The notes beneath the pieces are model-generated. The model worked only from the letters and a program-made list of their open reading frames with translations. It was not told the DNA's origin and searched no databases. 64,000 bases of DNA from NCBI RefSeq assembly GCF_009914755.1, contig NC_060932.1; one strand, written 5' to 3'. Position numbers and translations under genes: made by a program. The stretch's first letter is position 1; each line of letters starts with the position of its first letter. The DNA is from the human T2T-CHM13v2.0 reference genome, Homo sapiens. Of this stretch, positions 13,684-27,405 are shown piece by piece.

Positions 13684-14533
13684 CTTGGAAAAAACAAAAC
13701 GTACAACCGAAATTTACTGACAACATCCATTTATTGCAAGTTTTTTGTTCACAAAAAAAACAACAGACAAAAGCTGAAACTCTACCCTGTGAAGGAAGAA
13801 TGGAAGGAGGATTAGACTTTAGCTAAGAGTCTCTCTCAAGGCTCTGTTACTGGTTCTTTTTCCATAAAAGCATACAGTTCTCTTCCAGGGAGCTTGCTGC
13901 GATGACTTCTACATTGTGCTCTAATAAATTGTTTTAAGTTCATGAAAAAACAAACGTGGGTTTTCAGGTTTCTAAGCTCACTCAGGAAACCTTATGGATC
14001 CACCCTGACATAGCGCTCAAGAACTGAAACTCTGCAAAGGGAAAGAGCCAATTTATTTTTATCATCACTCCATGCTATATGTAGTGAGCTCAGCTGCACC
14101 ACAGTGAGATGGTGCCAGGGAGAGAAACCTGTAAAAAACAGGCTGATCACTCGTTCACATGAGATCAGTGAGTTAAGGAGGGACATACGTGCTGTGCTGT
14201 TAACAGTGGGACAAGGGTCAGATTTAAATACCCAGCAGGGTGGTAAGTGTTTTCCCAGCCTAATTCTTCTCTGTGGTAAACAATGATGGTGACATATGTC
14301 TACTTGCAGGATCCTCTGTAAGTAGGCCTGTTCTCAGTGGTGGTCCTGGAGGTTTGGTGGATCAGGGGTGGGTATTTGCAGTACTGCTTGTACCTGTGAA
14401 ATTCATGTCCTTCTTTCTTTTATAGTCTTAGAGCATGGCAAATAAGAGATCCCTCCATACTAAGATCACTAGGCTATATAAATTTTTTATCTATCTGTTT
14501 TCAGTCACCTTATGTGTAGTAAAGAATTTGGCA

Positions 14534-15005
<472 letters not shown>

Positions 15006-15065
15006 CTATCAATAAATTTTATCAATCTCTTCCTGGGTGCCTACCAGATGTGTGCATGCACGCGT

Positions 15066-15066
<1 letters not shown>

Positions 15067-15094
<28 letters not shown>
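15067..15094. repeat. (CA)14 microsatellite
   Basis: Read directly. Confidence 0.97.
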
Positions 15095-15096
<2 letters not shown>

Positions 15097-15109
15097 TTTC
15101 TTCCACTGC

Positions 15110-15650
15110 ATTCATTACAGCATGCTTTTCTCTCTTACCACTATATTGGGAATACTTCCCCATGTCACTAAAACTTTTAGAAAACACCATTTATAATGAA
15201 TACATAACTCCCCATCAGATGGTTGTCCAACTACTTATTCAATCATTCCTTGTCATTGGGCAATTAGACTGAAATATATTTTTATCCATAAATGTAAATA
15301 TTTTTCCATGCTTCTGAAGCTGCCTCAAGCCTTAGTTATATAAATGGAATTTCTAAATCAATGTTTCTAAACATTTTTAAATTTCTTGATGCCTAGCTCC
15401 AAACTGCTTTTCAGTAAAGTTGACCCAGTTTTCTCTTTCCATTGGCAGCGTTTTTGAGGGCCAGTCTCAGTCACCATTACAACATTTTTAATCCTTAGCA
15501 ATTCATAGCTGGAAGATAGGATTCTATTGTTTTATTTAGGATGAATTTATATTATTAGTGAAGTAAAACACAAATTTCATGGTTATTAGCAATTTTAATT
15601 TCTTCTTTGCTCTAATTGGCATGTCCTTTTATACTGGGTTATTATTATAT
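15110..15650 (-). mobile_element. Ancient L1ME-type fragment
   Basis: acttattcaatcattccttgtcattgggcaattagactg and ccaaactgcttttcagtaaagttg resemble antisense L1M 3' region. Confidence 0.55.
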
Positions 15651-15899
15651 TAATATTTTATTATTAATTGGCTAGTCCATATAATTTTAATTCAAATACT
15701 ATAGTCATTCAAGTTAGCATCTAAACAGATTTTATGCTAAAAGATATGAAAAGAATGACAGTGGAGAGTTTGGGAAAAAGATACAGTAGGTATAATAATG
15801 TGATTGTAAAACCACTTTTGCTCTAGTAGAACATATTATTTTGTAATTTGAAATGTTTAAATAAGTGATTCAACTACATAAGCATTAAAAATCTCTGAA

Positions 15900-16490
15900 T
15901 ATTAAAAATGGTAATATGTTATCAACATGACAGACATATTTGGCATGAAAAACATTGAAACCACACTAAAATACAAGCAAAAGACGTAAACAGGCTATTT
16001 CTTCTCAATTTACATGTATTTCTTCCTATGTGAAGAAATACATGTAAATTGAGACATGCAAAATGCCAACATTTTTAGTGATCAAAATGAAAGCAAATAA
16101 ATGCATATTCAAACACTAACATATTATCTCTTATCACATTTAATAAAATTGCTTAGAAGCATCTTAGTGCTGTTGAGGATACAATGAAATGGTGCCCTTA
16201 CTTGGCTAGTGACAGGGTAAAATCACTAAATCTTTTCTGAAACCCCACGGGTGTATGTAGCAAGAGCCACAAAGACGCTCATTTACCTTGATTAAGTGAT
16301 CCAGGAAATCCATCTCAAAGGTATAACTTCAACTAATAGAAAAGATATATACATGCACAAAAAATTCACTCTGTCATTATTACAATGGTAGAATACTTAT
16401 AAGAAATACACAAGCCAAACAAAGGGAAACAAACGTGGTATACTCATAAGATGAAGTTTCATAGAACCATTAAAATACCACATATTTTAC
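15900..16490 (+). mobile_element. Ancient L1ME-type fragment (ORF2 3' end)
   Basis: gcaaaagacgtaaacagg...gaagaaatac...agtgctgttgaggat motifs. Confidence 0.55.
16003..16054. repeat. Perfect 23-bp inverted repeat with 6-nt spacer
   Basis: tctcaatttacatgtatttcttc-ctatgt-gaagaaatacatgtaaattgaga; the arms are exact reverse complements. Confidence 0.97.
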
Positions 16491-16589
16491 TATCCCACAC
16501 ATGGTCAAAGCTGTTACTTTATGATTTAGTGAACAACAATGATATGGTAGCCACTTATCTACTTGATGCCATTTAATGCTCATGGATTT

Positions 16590-17060
16590 TTTTCCTATTT
16601 TGATAAAATGAACATAACATAAAATTTACCATCAGATTAAGTACATTCACAATGTTTTGCAATCATCACTAATCATCCGGCTCCAGAACTCTTTTCATCT
16701 CGCAGAACTGATATTCCGTACCCATTAAATATCAACTCCCCTTGCCCGCTCCCACTGGGCCCTGGCAACCCCCTTTCCACTTTCTTGTCTCTGTGGATTT
16801 TACTTCTCTAGGGACTTCCTATAAGTGGAATCCACTATTTGTCTTTTTGTGACTGTCTTACTTAACTCGGCGTAATGTCCTCAAGGTTCACCCATGTTGT
16901 TGCATGTGTCTGAATTTTCTTCCTTTTTAGGGCTGAATAATATTCCATTGGGTGTATTTTGTTTGTTTATCCATTCATCCATCAACGAACATGTGGGTTG
17001 CCTCTACCTTTTTACCACTGCAAACAATGCTACTGTGAACACAGACATACAAACATTGCT
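16590..17060 (-). mobile_element. L1MB-type 3' end
   Basis: aaaatttaccatc...ctccagaactcttttcatctcgcagaactg...ggcccctggcaacc-like motifs. Confidence 0.8.
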
Positions 17061-19902
17061 CACAACGATTTTGCCAGAGACATATGGTCCCCATTAAACA
17101 GATGAGGAAATCAAGGTCTCCCTATGAGTTTTTTCACACAACAGTGAGGACGTAAGAGGATTCAGTCATACGCGAACCAGGTTTCAACCGGGGATGAAGC
17201 TCAACCTCCTACTATGACCTGAGCTTCTGAATGGAGAAACCTGAAGCCATGAAGTGACAACAAATGTCACACAGGCTGTAGCCCAGATAAGAAATCACAG
17301 CTGTGTGGTAACTGACACGAGGCTGTCAAGAATATTTTATGGGATTAGGCTCTTCTTTCATGACAGCAATATGGGGTCAGGAAAGATTTCCACTCGCCAG
17401 CAAACACTTTCAGACATAATCTGCCACTGACGTTATTTGTGGAGAGGTTTAAAGAAGCTTGGTTGTTTAAAAGAAACTACTACCATTCAAATTCAAGATT
17501 CATTTGCCTTGACAAACAGCACAGTGATGCCCTTGCCAAACTCACCTTTAAGTTTCTTTACTTTATTTCTCCAAAGTAAAAGAACCTGTGTAAAAATACA
17601 CAGTGCAAATGATCAAAAGGATTAAGGGACTCAGAACCACTTACAGAAATGCCCACACTTTACAGGAACCAGCCAACGTGCTAGGCTAATTTCATTCCAG
17701 AGACCAATCTGCAAATACTTTCTTGTGCTTCCAGAGATGAAAGGCCAGATCTTAAAAATACTTCAAGCCGTGTCTTCACATAACATCGCGCACATAGCAT
17801 GATAGATGTGACGTGCAAACATGCTTGTTAACAATTCACAGCAGCATTACGGGGGCTTTAACGTTGCTGTTCAAAAATATCTTGAAAGAAAAAATGAAAA
17901 GGATGATGTCCTCTCTAAGCATCTCCCTCCACTGCCTTACCCCACAGCCCCAGAGGAAGATGAACAAATGGAGAGGGGTTGATTAAAGGCAGCCATTCCT
18001 TGGATTAGACGAAGCATCCAATCCAAGAAGAGACATACAAGCATGACCTGGGGCCAGGAAAATCAGGCATTCTGGGGTCATCTAGCTACATGGAAGCTAA
18101 GTCATCCATGGAACTAGGTGCCTTTAAAGAGAACCCCGAGATAAGTCAACCAATGTTTACAGTCCTCCAGCACAGCTTCCTATCCGTGGAGAAAATGTCA
18201 CCTTTGATTCTTCCAGGTTAGGATAATTAGATTTTGCTACTGTTGGGCTGCTGGGACAAGAACAAGAGAGCAGGGAACTGGCCCACGCAGTACATAAGAA
18301 CAGAAGAGAGAGCCGGTGAGCTGTGGTGAGATGCCAGCAGGTAGTGGTGAGGAGTCAGATTGTCAGGGTTGGCCTCCTGGCTCTGCTGCTGGGCAGGTGC
18401 ATGACCTTGGCAGGGTCTGGGAGAGGAGGCAAAGCAGGTCCACACCACAGCTCCCTGGCAAATGAGCCATGCCTTTCCTCGGGACCCACACCCATGCTGG
18501 GGGGGCCTTTATCTACCCAACCACTCTATGCACAGTTTCTTCACCTGCAAACTGGGTGATTAGTGCCTGGCACATGGGACTTAAGTCTCTACATCTTATA
18601 TTATTCTCAGTTGTATTATCATAATTATTCTCTAATCAGCCGTGATGACATGGGGAAAATTGGAATAGAAGTCACAAGAAGTAGCTTAAACCATCATTCC
18701 AACACAGAGTTTAATACCTTTTTGACTGTGATCCCGGGTGTCCTACTTTTTTAGATGGGAATAAAATATCTCTGTGACAAAACAAAGATTAAATGAGGTC
18801 ATCTGTGGGAAAGTATTTGGGAAGCGTAAGGCTCTCCATACACAAACACGAGGTTTCTATTGTTATTGCTATTAACCTTTCGTGTTTCCGTACAAGGATG
18901 CCGCCCCCATTAGGACTCAACTCTAGGAGAAAACACAAGATTTAAGGACGCCTCCTTCTTATCAAACTGAATTTTATCTCTGTAAGTGCCTCACTCCAAT
19001 TTATCCATTCATTCATTCTTCATTCATTCTAGAAGTCTCAGTTGTGTGTACTACTGGTCTGGGCACTGAGCTTCCTCTGCTGGAGACTGCAGCTCAGCCT
19101 TCATCCACACCCTAGAAAGGCCCAGATTCTCACTCTTTTGATGAAGTGGCAAAAGGGAAAAATCGCATTTCTCAAAGCGATTACCCAGTCTAGAATCAGA
19201 ATTTTTCTAATTCTTTTTCTTTTCTAGTTTCTTATTAAGCCAGGTTTAATGAGCAAGTGTTTAATCCAGGCAGAAAGACACCTCCGAAAGAGGGGCTACA
19301 GGAGCAAGAGCTGAGGCTGGAATCTTGCCTCCCTGGAGAGGCCGTTTCCCATGGCACCCTGTCAACGACTTCCTCTGACAAGAACCTTTGTCCACCAGAG
19401 TCCATGAGACCTGGGAGAGGGCAGAGGCACCGGGGCTGAGCTGGAGGAGAGGCTCCCACTGCTGCCTGGGCTGCAGATCCAGAGTACAAGTCCACCTCTC
19501 CAGGGGGTGCCAAGTGACCACAGGCTGGGACACGCTGCCAGCATCATGGAACATGATGGCAACTCAGACTGGAGTTGAGAATGACACCCCAAGTTCTCCA
19601 TAGAAATGGTGGTGCTTCGCCAGCAGGGAAGCAGGTCTTATGTAGACAAGATTTGGGAGGGAGGCCGAGCAGAGCCGTCAGAACCAAGAGCAGCTCGGCC
19701 TGCGTGGGGTCCCAGGTGGGGCTCATCTAGAAGGACCAAGGGGGCCTCCAAGGGTCACTGGGCCAGCAGTCTAGGCCCACGTGGTCTGTGTAGATCCCCA
19801 GGTCCCTGTGTGAGAAGGAAGGAGTAAGAACGAGAGCAGAGCCTGTGCCTTCCGGAGAGGCTTCGTGGGGACAAGAAATGGGAAATGAGAGAGGCAGCGC
19901 AG

Positions 19903-20292
19903 TGCGACGGTCCCCCAGCAGGTTCCTTAAAGGTGTGTGTCCACTGCTTGAGCCTTGAAGTCAGGTGGAGCTGAGGCCATGGTGCCCAGCTGAGGAGCAG
20001 GCGTCCCTGAGAACCCAATGCCCCGGAACTTATCTGAGAACGTAGCAAGACAAGCAGTCTCATTGCCCAAACACAGTAGGCAAAGAGCCAGGAAATTAGC
20101 TTAAAGGCAGTTTAGAGACGGGAGCAGCAGGGATCTCTAGATCTGTCCTGCCGCCCAGGAGTGCCTGCTATGTAAGTCCTAATAAACTCATCTATCGCCA
20201 AGCTGGACTTGTCCAAGTCATTCTTTGGTCTCTCAGCAACCTCCCAGTTTCAGGGAAGGTCTTTCTATTCAATCCAGGTTTTTCTCATACCA
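19903..20292 (+). mobile_element. Solo ERV LTR (ERVL class, possibly LTR32-like)
   Basis: TG...CA ends, AATAAA at 20181 followed by a U5-like T-rich tail. Subfamily is from memory only and no clear TSD was seen. Confidence 0.6.
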
Positions 20293-20649
20293 GAGACACA
20301 GAAATGAGGCCCACAGGCAAGACCTGTGCACAAAGCCCCCGCCCCCACCCCTCCCAAGCCGGCCCTGGTCCCGGTGCTCAGGGTTCCTGGACTCTGTGCT
20401 GCTGTGGGGAAGGTTAGGGGAGGACAAACAACTGGTTCCTCAGAAAACAGCCCAGCTGAGTGGGTGCCCCTCCAGTGTGAACTGGGCTCTGCTGTAGCCC
20501 GCAGTGCAATGACAGCCCTGTGCAAGGAGGTCGGTCACACTGTTCCCCCACGTCCCTACCAGCCATAGACTGCCACATTGCAGTCAGCAGGATACCTATC
20601 TAGACAGATGGCTGGGCACCACCCAGACCAAAGGAGCATGGAGAGGAGA

Positions 20650-20870
20650 GCTCAAGAACTCGGTTTGGGAGCCAGAGTGCCCGAGTTGCCACCCTGGTCA
20701 CTTAGCAGCTGTGTGACTTTGGCAAAGCTTCTTCCTCTATGGGCTTTAACTTCCTTAACTGCAAAATGGGGACACTGATAGCACCCACCTCAGGGGACTG
20801 TCCTGATGATTAGCTCAAAACTCCACGGGAGGCATTTGAGCAGTCTGGCCCAGCACAGGCAGAATAACTC
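20650..20870 (+). mobile_element. MIR
   Basis: cacttagcagctgtgtgactttggcaa...ctgcaaaatgggg. Confidence 0.75.
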
Positions 20871-20994
20871 AGCCGGTATCACCTTTCTTCATGGCAGCGT
20901 TGCTAGTATCATTTGACTGCTACTGTGACTTGGTTCCCAATGTCCTTGGTCAGGGAATCTATGTCTAAAAGTTTCCCAAAATGATTCTTTTTAA

Positions 20995-21298
20995 AAATTA
21001 TTTATTTATTTATTTAGAGATAGAGGAGTCTCACTCTCTTGCCCAGGCTGGAGTGCAGTGGTGCAATCTCGGTTCACTGGAACCTCCACCTCCCAGGTTC
21101 AAGCAATTCTGCCTCAGCCTCCTAAGTAGCTGAGATTATAGGTGCATGCCACCATGCCTGGGTGGTTTTTGTATTTTTAGTAGAGATGGGGTTTCGCCAT
21201 GTTGGCCAGGCTGGTCTCAAACTCCTAACCTCAGGTGATCCTCCCACCTCGGCCTTTCGAAGTGTTGAGATTACAGGCATGAGCCACCATGCCTGGCC
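20995..21298 (-). mobile_element. AluS inserted in a MER5-like remnant
   Basis: Full antisense Alu; TSD caa(a/g)atgattctt; flank ends in aaggttgtgaaccactg. Confidence 0.92.
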
Positions 21299-21444
21299 CA
21301 AGATGATTCTTAGTGTTAAGGAAAGGTTGTGAACCACTGGTCTAGAGCGCCACAGATCCCTGAGTAGCCAGCTCTCAGCCTGTGCTCTCCTGTGTCCCAG
21401 CACCTGCTGCCCCAGTCATCAGGAGACTCACAGGAGCCCCAGAG

Positions 21445-21530
21445 GGCAAGGAGGAAGAGAAGGGGAAGGAAAGGGAGGGAGGAGAGGGAAGGGGAGGAAG
21501 CAGGAGGGGAGGAAGGAAACAGGAAAGGAA
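21445..21530. repeat. Polypurine (GA-rich) low-complexity tract
   Basis: ggaggaagagaaggggaaggaaagggagggaggagagggaagggg... Confidence 0.85.
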
Positions 21531-24500
21531 CCCTTTACGGAGACCTGCAGTACAGCTGAGGAAGAGGTTGGGGAACCAGAGACACGTCAGACCTTTCTTC
21601 GCTGTCCAGATGATTCCCTAGTAACAGTCACCACAGTGCTATCCAAAACACAGTGCTCGTCCAAAATCATTCAAATATCAAGTGGGGGAGGCTGGACTGA
21701 GGCCCAGGCTAAGATGCTCAGAGATGCAGATGTCTGGAGGAGAGCATTGGTGGGCGCTAAGCAGTCACGCCTGAGCAGTCACACGCATACCGGGACGTCA
21801 GACGCACACGGAGGAAGCGGTCACGGCAGATGACTTGTGGGGCGGGGAGGGCATCCAAAGCAAGAGCAGGAATCCAAATGGAAGCAGTAGCTCATCTTTG
21901 TTGTTGCAAAGCCACAAAGTGGCTCATGAGCTTACCCACGCACCTGGCCACCATGGGAGCTGCTTAGCTGGCCCATCATAGGGATGGCGCACCCCTGATG
22001 CAATCCTATAGGGACAGGAACCTCAGACTCTGCCTTCAGACAGTGTCCTGTGCCCTGCAAAGCCTCTAGATCCATAGACTCATGTCAGCATTGCAGCCAC
22101 CCTTGGCCATTGGGGTAAATGCTCCTATGTCCATTTTACTGAGAGGAAAGCCAAGGCTCAGAGCTCACGAGGGACGGAGACAACCCCAAGCCTAGCCAGA
22201 GGCCAACAAGCCCTCCTCCTTGCTGCTTCTCCACACCTGTCATCTCTGTCCCCTTCCCTGGGGCCTACAGGAGCCCTTGGCTGGCCACTAGGGCCCTCCA
22301 TCACTGGTATGACAGCAACCTGGTTTCCCCCACCCTCCCCAGGCCAGGCTAACCCCTCACACCCACCACCGGCTCCTGCTGTCCCCAGCCTGTAGGGCTC
22401 GCCCACCAAGCCCTCTCTGCCCTCAGGGTCACCCCAGGTCCTGCTGTCCCCAGTCCACAGTGTCCCAGGCTACCCACAGTCCAAGCCCTGCCTGCTTTCA
22501 GGGTCCCCTCGAGTCTTGCTTCCTCCAGGAGGCTTCTCTGAGCTGGGGACCCCAGGAAGAGGCGCTGTGCAGGGAGAGAGCCCGGCCAGTGCGATTCTGT
22601 GGGACTGACTTTGTCAGAGCAGGGCTCCTCCACTGAGTCACCTCCCCTGGGGTCCCCCACCGGGTGGCTGTGAAGAGGACCGACGGTGGAGGGAGCAGGC
22701 AGAGTTCAGCAAGGGCAGGGAGAGGAGATGCAAAAAGTGGTGTTTCCTTCCACACCCGGCCCTGCCGCCCCATCTTATTCTACTTGGGATCAGTCCCATG
22801 CGGTGCAACCTGTGAGTGCTCAGTGCTTACAAGTATGTGCTTAGTGACAGTGGCTCTCCTCTGTAGGCCCCAGGACTGGGCATGTGATGTGATGTTAATA
22901 AAGACGTACGGGCCGGAGGAGCCCTCGTGCTGCATCTGCCCACCACTCACTTATCCTTCATCCGGACGGGGCATCTGTATGGACCCCAGCTCCATTCACC
23001 TGCCAATGACCAGTCCCTAGATGGAATCCCACATGCACACTGGACTCCAACCCTCTGTCCCTAACCACTGAATTCTACGGAAACCTCACTACAAATCCTA
23101 AAGTGGATGTGGCTACTATGCAGAGAAAGGTATTAGACACAGCTAATGCGACTAGAATACTTTACTGTATGGGCCAGCACCATTTTATTTATTCATTAAT
23201 AAATACTGATCAAATGCCTGCTAAGCTCCATGCACGGTGCTGAGCACTGAGGATTCCACGGTGACTAATGTAACGATGGTGACAACAAACAACCCTTGTG
23301 CCACGGGAACTGCCTAGAGTCCGAGTCCAGGTAAGAAACTGATCTTTAAAATAAAAAGACTTGACTTAGTTTATTTATCCTATAAGCAAGATGGAGGGGA
23401 GAGGGAGACACAGTAATTTTTTTTCATTAAATAATAACCATTCTTCAACCTCCCTCATCCTTTCCCTGCCAGCCAGACTTATCCAAACCGTTAAACCAAA
23501 TCAAAGAGCACACAGAATGATCCAGGTGTTTGAAGGGAGAAAGGGGCGAGGGTGGGTGAATAATACCTCCCCTTTTCCCACACGAGATTCAAAACACTAC
23601 TTTTCTCTTGCTAATTAACTACAAAGAGGTAAGATGTCAGCTCGGTTTCATCTCCAGCTCCTGCGGATAGAAAATGTGATTTCCAACAATGTACTCATTA
23701 TAAAAAAAAAATCCTAATACATCAAAATTGGATGCCCTGTGGAGTTCATTATAGGATTTGAGGAGTGTCTATACTGTCATTTTATCTTGGCTTTTTTTTT
23801 CTTTTGTCTCATTCGTCACTTAAAGTGTCCGACGAGAAACATAAGCTTTAAAAAGCATCCTATTGATTGAAAAGTAGAAAAAAAATACTGGTGGAGCAAT
23901 TGTGAATTTTTTGTTGTTGTTGGCCCGCCATGGGGAGACACGATGGAGAATTTATGATCCTCTGCTGTATATTTTATACAGACATATCCTTCAGAGATTA
24001 TGCTCTCAGAGGAGTGCCATAAACACAGCTCAGTACTGGATCAAGAAAAGTCTTCAAGAAAGCAGTCAATGGCAACCGTTAATTCTTTGTGCACTGGAGG
24101 TTTCTAACTGGTACAAAGAAAACCAGTACGTAGAAGTAGGTAACTAGGATAGCAGTGAGCCACTCCCTAGTTTCTGTATCCAACCTGCTGATTTCAGAGG
24201 CTGGCCTTCGCACCCAATGCTAACCCTTTGAGCTGGATTTTCCAGAATAAGAAGGGTACAAAAGGACCTGTGCCCATTTTCTAGACTGGCACCAAACTCC
24301 CACTCTGCTGCGAAACAGGCAGGGATGATAAGATATGGGCAAAACCAATCTGTCAAGCAGGGACCATGGTATCCCTGCAGCCAAGAGAACCAATGCAGTT
24401 TATTAAATGGCCTTTTAATATTAACAAGGGTATTGCACACTGAGAAACTATGATTCCTTGATGCTACTGAATTATACCACCAAGTTTAAAAAGAGGTCTG

Positions 24501-24532
24501 TGTGTGCCTTGTTGTCAGTGGGCTACACAAGA

Positions 24533-24712
24533 AGAGTGGTTCACAATTTAACAACTTAGAAATCCTTGTGGAACTCTGAAACATACTCTCACGCCTCCCC
24601 CTCCACCCCACCAATGGAATTCCGATACAGGAGAGCTGGGGGCAGGCCTGGCATATGCATTCTCACAAAGCCCCATGGGTGCTTCTGATGCAAAGCTGGG
24701 AAAGGAACCACG
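24533..24712. mobile_element. MER5A-like hAT-Charlie MITE
   Basis: agtggttcac...gggggcaggcctggcatatgcattctcacaaagcccc...tctgatgc...aaccac. Confidence 0.65.
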
Positions 24713-25064
24713 AACTTGGGCATCTGATGTATGTGGCTAAACCACAAAGGAGGAAATGGACAGAACATTTTTTTTTTTCAACAAAGTCTCAGAATTGTAA
24801 GGGACCTGAAAGGTCATCTAGCCAAATGGCATACTATATAGTTTAGCCCACTCCAACCTCCAGATGACCATTTCAAGACAGGGCACTCTCTAATTCTCAA
24901 AGTAGTTCATGCCACTATTGGGATGTCCTAATTGCTAGAAATCCATGCCTTTATTAAGTCAACTTCTGCCTCCTCCTACTCACAGTCCAGGCAGTGCTTC
25001 TTGGGACCTGCTCACTCCTCCACGATGGCTTTTAAGAAGGCTGAAGGCATTTACTACGGGCAAG

Positions 25065-25290
25065 TAAATGGCACTGACTTTGGAGTCTGAAGAACCACAG
25101 TGAGTTTTTCTACATTTGAGGGCATAATCTGCTAGAGAGGCCACTTAACTTCTCTTAGCCACAGGCTGCTCATCTATAAAATGGGCATACTAATATCTGT
25201 CCTATCAATCTTAGAAGATGGTTAAGAGCAATAACAGACATAAAGGGGAAAGCACAAAGCACTTTGGGAACTTACCAGTGGTAATCAAAT
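25065..25290 (+). mobile_element. MIR
   Basis: gcactgactttggagtctga...cacttaacttctct...ctcatctataaaatggg. Confidence 0.7.
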
Positions 25291-25618
25291 CTTATAACTC
25301 CATATACTAATAATGATCAACCATGGCATCACAGAACTTCACAATGAGATGCCAGAAGACTTCAAATGTTTAGGATCTATGTTAGTACAAACAGAACAAC
25401 ATGGACGGCTCTCCAAGCAAAGATAGGTTTCTCTGGGTAAGTTGTCAAGCGTACGTTTTCCTAAAAGTGTCTATGTTCCACCTCAGAGTTAAAAGACAAC
25501 TAGAGAGGCCCTACGAGCATGATAATAGAAGGGGTCTTTGAAATCAAGTCCAATATGTTTTCATATTCTTCAAAAACTGTTCTAAACTCTCCATGCGATG
25601 GATGAGAAAAGGCACTCC

Positions 25619-25906
25619 ATACCATTTGATAGCACAACAGGGTGACTATAGTCAATAATTTAACTGTACATTTCAAAATAACTAAAAGAAAATAAATGGA
25701 TTGTCTGTAACACAAAGGATAAATGCTCGAGGGGATGCAGACCCCATTCTCCATGATGTGATTCCTACACACTGCATCCTGTATCAAAACAGCTCATGTA
25801 CCCCATAAATATATATACCCACTATCTTGATACACAAGATAATATGCCTATCATCTCGTATACCCCATAAATGTACCTACTATGTACACACAAAAATTAA
25901 AAAGAA
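25619..25906 (+). mobile_element. Short L1MA 3' end
   Basis: tttgatagcacaacagggtgactatagtcaataattt...aaaggataaatgctcgagggga. Confidence 0.85.
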
Positions 25907-26259
<353 letters not shown>

Positions 26260-26822
26260 TCACCACTTCAAACACCGTGGCTGCTTGCACCATTTTTGCC
26301 AGAGAGCTACTTCACGTCATCCAAAGACAATGAAAATTGCCTATTCATTCTGCACATTAGCCACATTATAGTTGCTTTTTAAGTGTATATGGTGGTAACA
26401 TATTCTCCCAACTTGGATAGTACATTATTTACAAATAGCTCACATAGGAAGGATGTGGCAGGATTGCTCAGGAAGCATGGCTCTAACTAAACTATTAATA
26501 ATAAATGTAAGTACATTTTTAGTCTAAATTTTTTTTAAAAAATGGAACTAAGAACTTCAGATTTGTTTATAACTCAGACCCACACTGAAACACTGTTGCT
26601 GGTCTGAGGAAAGTCTTGGCCTTGCCTCCTAGACAGTGCCAAAAGCATCAGTTATTTTACACCACAGCCCCCCAAAAAAAATCAGTCCAACAGCTTTATC
26701 TTAAAAGCATGCCAACACAACAAGCAACTGAGGCTTAAGAACTTTATAATCGACTATGTACATATCAAATAGGAACTCTTTAGAATATCTGCACAGCACC
26801 AAACCACCTGATTCTATAAATT

Positions 26823-27056
26823 ATGATTTCTCAATAAGGGTGGTGTCACTTCAAGGGGGCAAAAATCAGTTCTTGGGGGACAAAAATATCTTACATATGA
26901 AAATGGCTACGGCTTCTAAAGGGCCACAGTAACTAGTGGTATATAGTATATCTGTGGTATTAAATTTAATGGAAGGGGACTGGGGGAGACAAGAGAGAAA
27001 TGTCTAAAAAGGCCGCTTAGGGCGACTATAATTTTTTTAAAGCCTGAAAAACAGTA
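26823..27056 (-). mobile_element. MER112-like hAT-Charlie element
   Basis: aagggggcaaaaatcagttcttggggg...aaagggccacag...atatctgtggtattaaa...atgtctaaaaagg...cttagggcga. Confidence 0.75.
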
Positions 27057-27169
27057 GTCTGATTCAATCAAATATCAGTACAATCAAAATGGTGACCAAA
27101 CCAACTATAATTCCAGCCTCATTTTCACTTTTGTATGGGGCTCGTAATCCAACATCACAACCACAGGAG

Positions 27170-27405
27170 GGATTCATTCACTAAGTATTTACTAAACCCT
27201 AGCATGAGCTCTGAGCACTCTCTGGGATGCAGCCAAAACAGGATTAAGACAGGTCCCGACCTCAAAGAGCTCACAGTCTAGGAGGGCAGAGAAACAAGCA
27301 AATGGCAACTCCAGGATGAAGCAATTACTGCTGGAGAAGGGTAGTCTCAGAGTTCAGTGACACAGCTTGAGAACGCAGGGACGACTTTACAGAGGAAAGG
27401 GTGAC
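27170..27405 (-). mobile_element. L2 3' end
   Basis: attcattcactaagtatttact...cctcaaagagctcacagtctag. Confidence 0.75.

Noticed and set aside
13520-13726. 68-aa ORF as a stand-alone gene or processed pseudogene
   Set aside because: MsrA similarity is confined between canonical AG and GT sites, so it is a spliced exon; the flanking residues are intronic.
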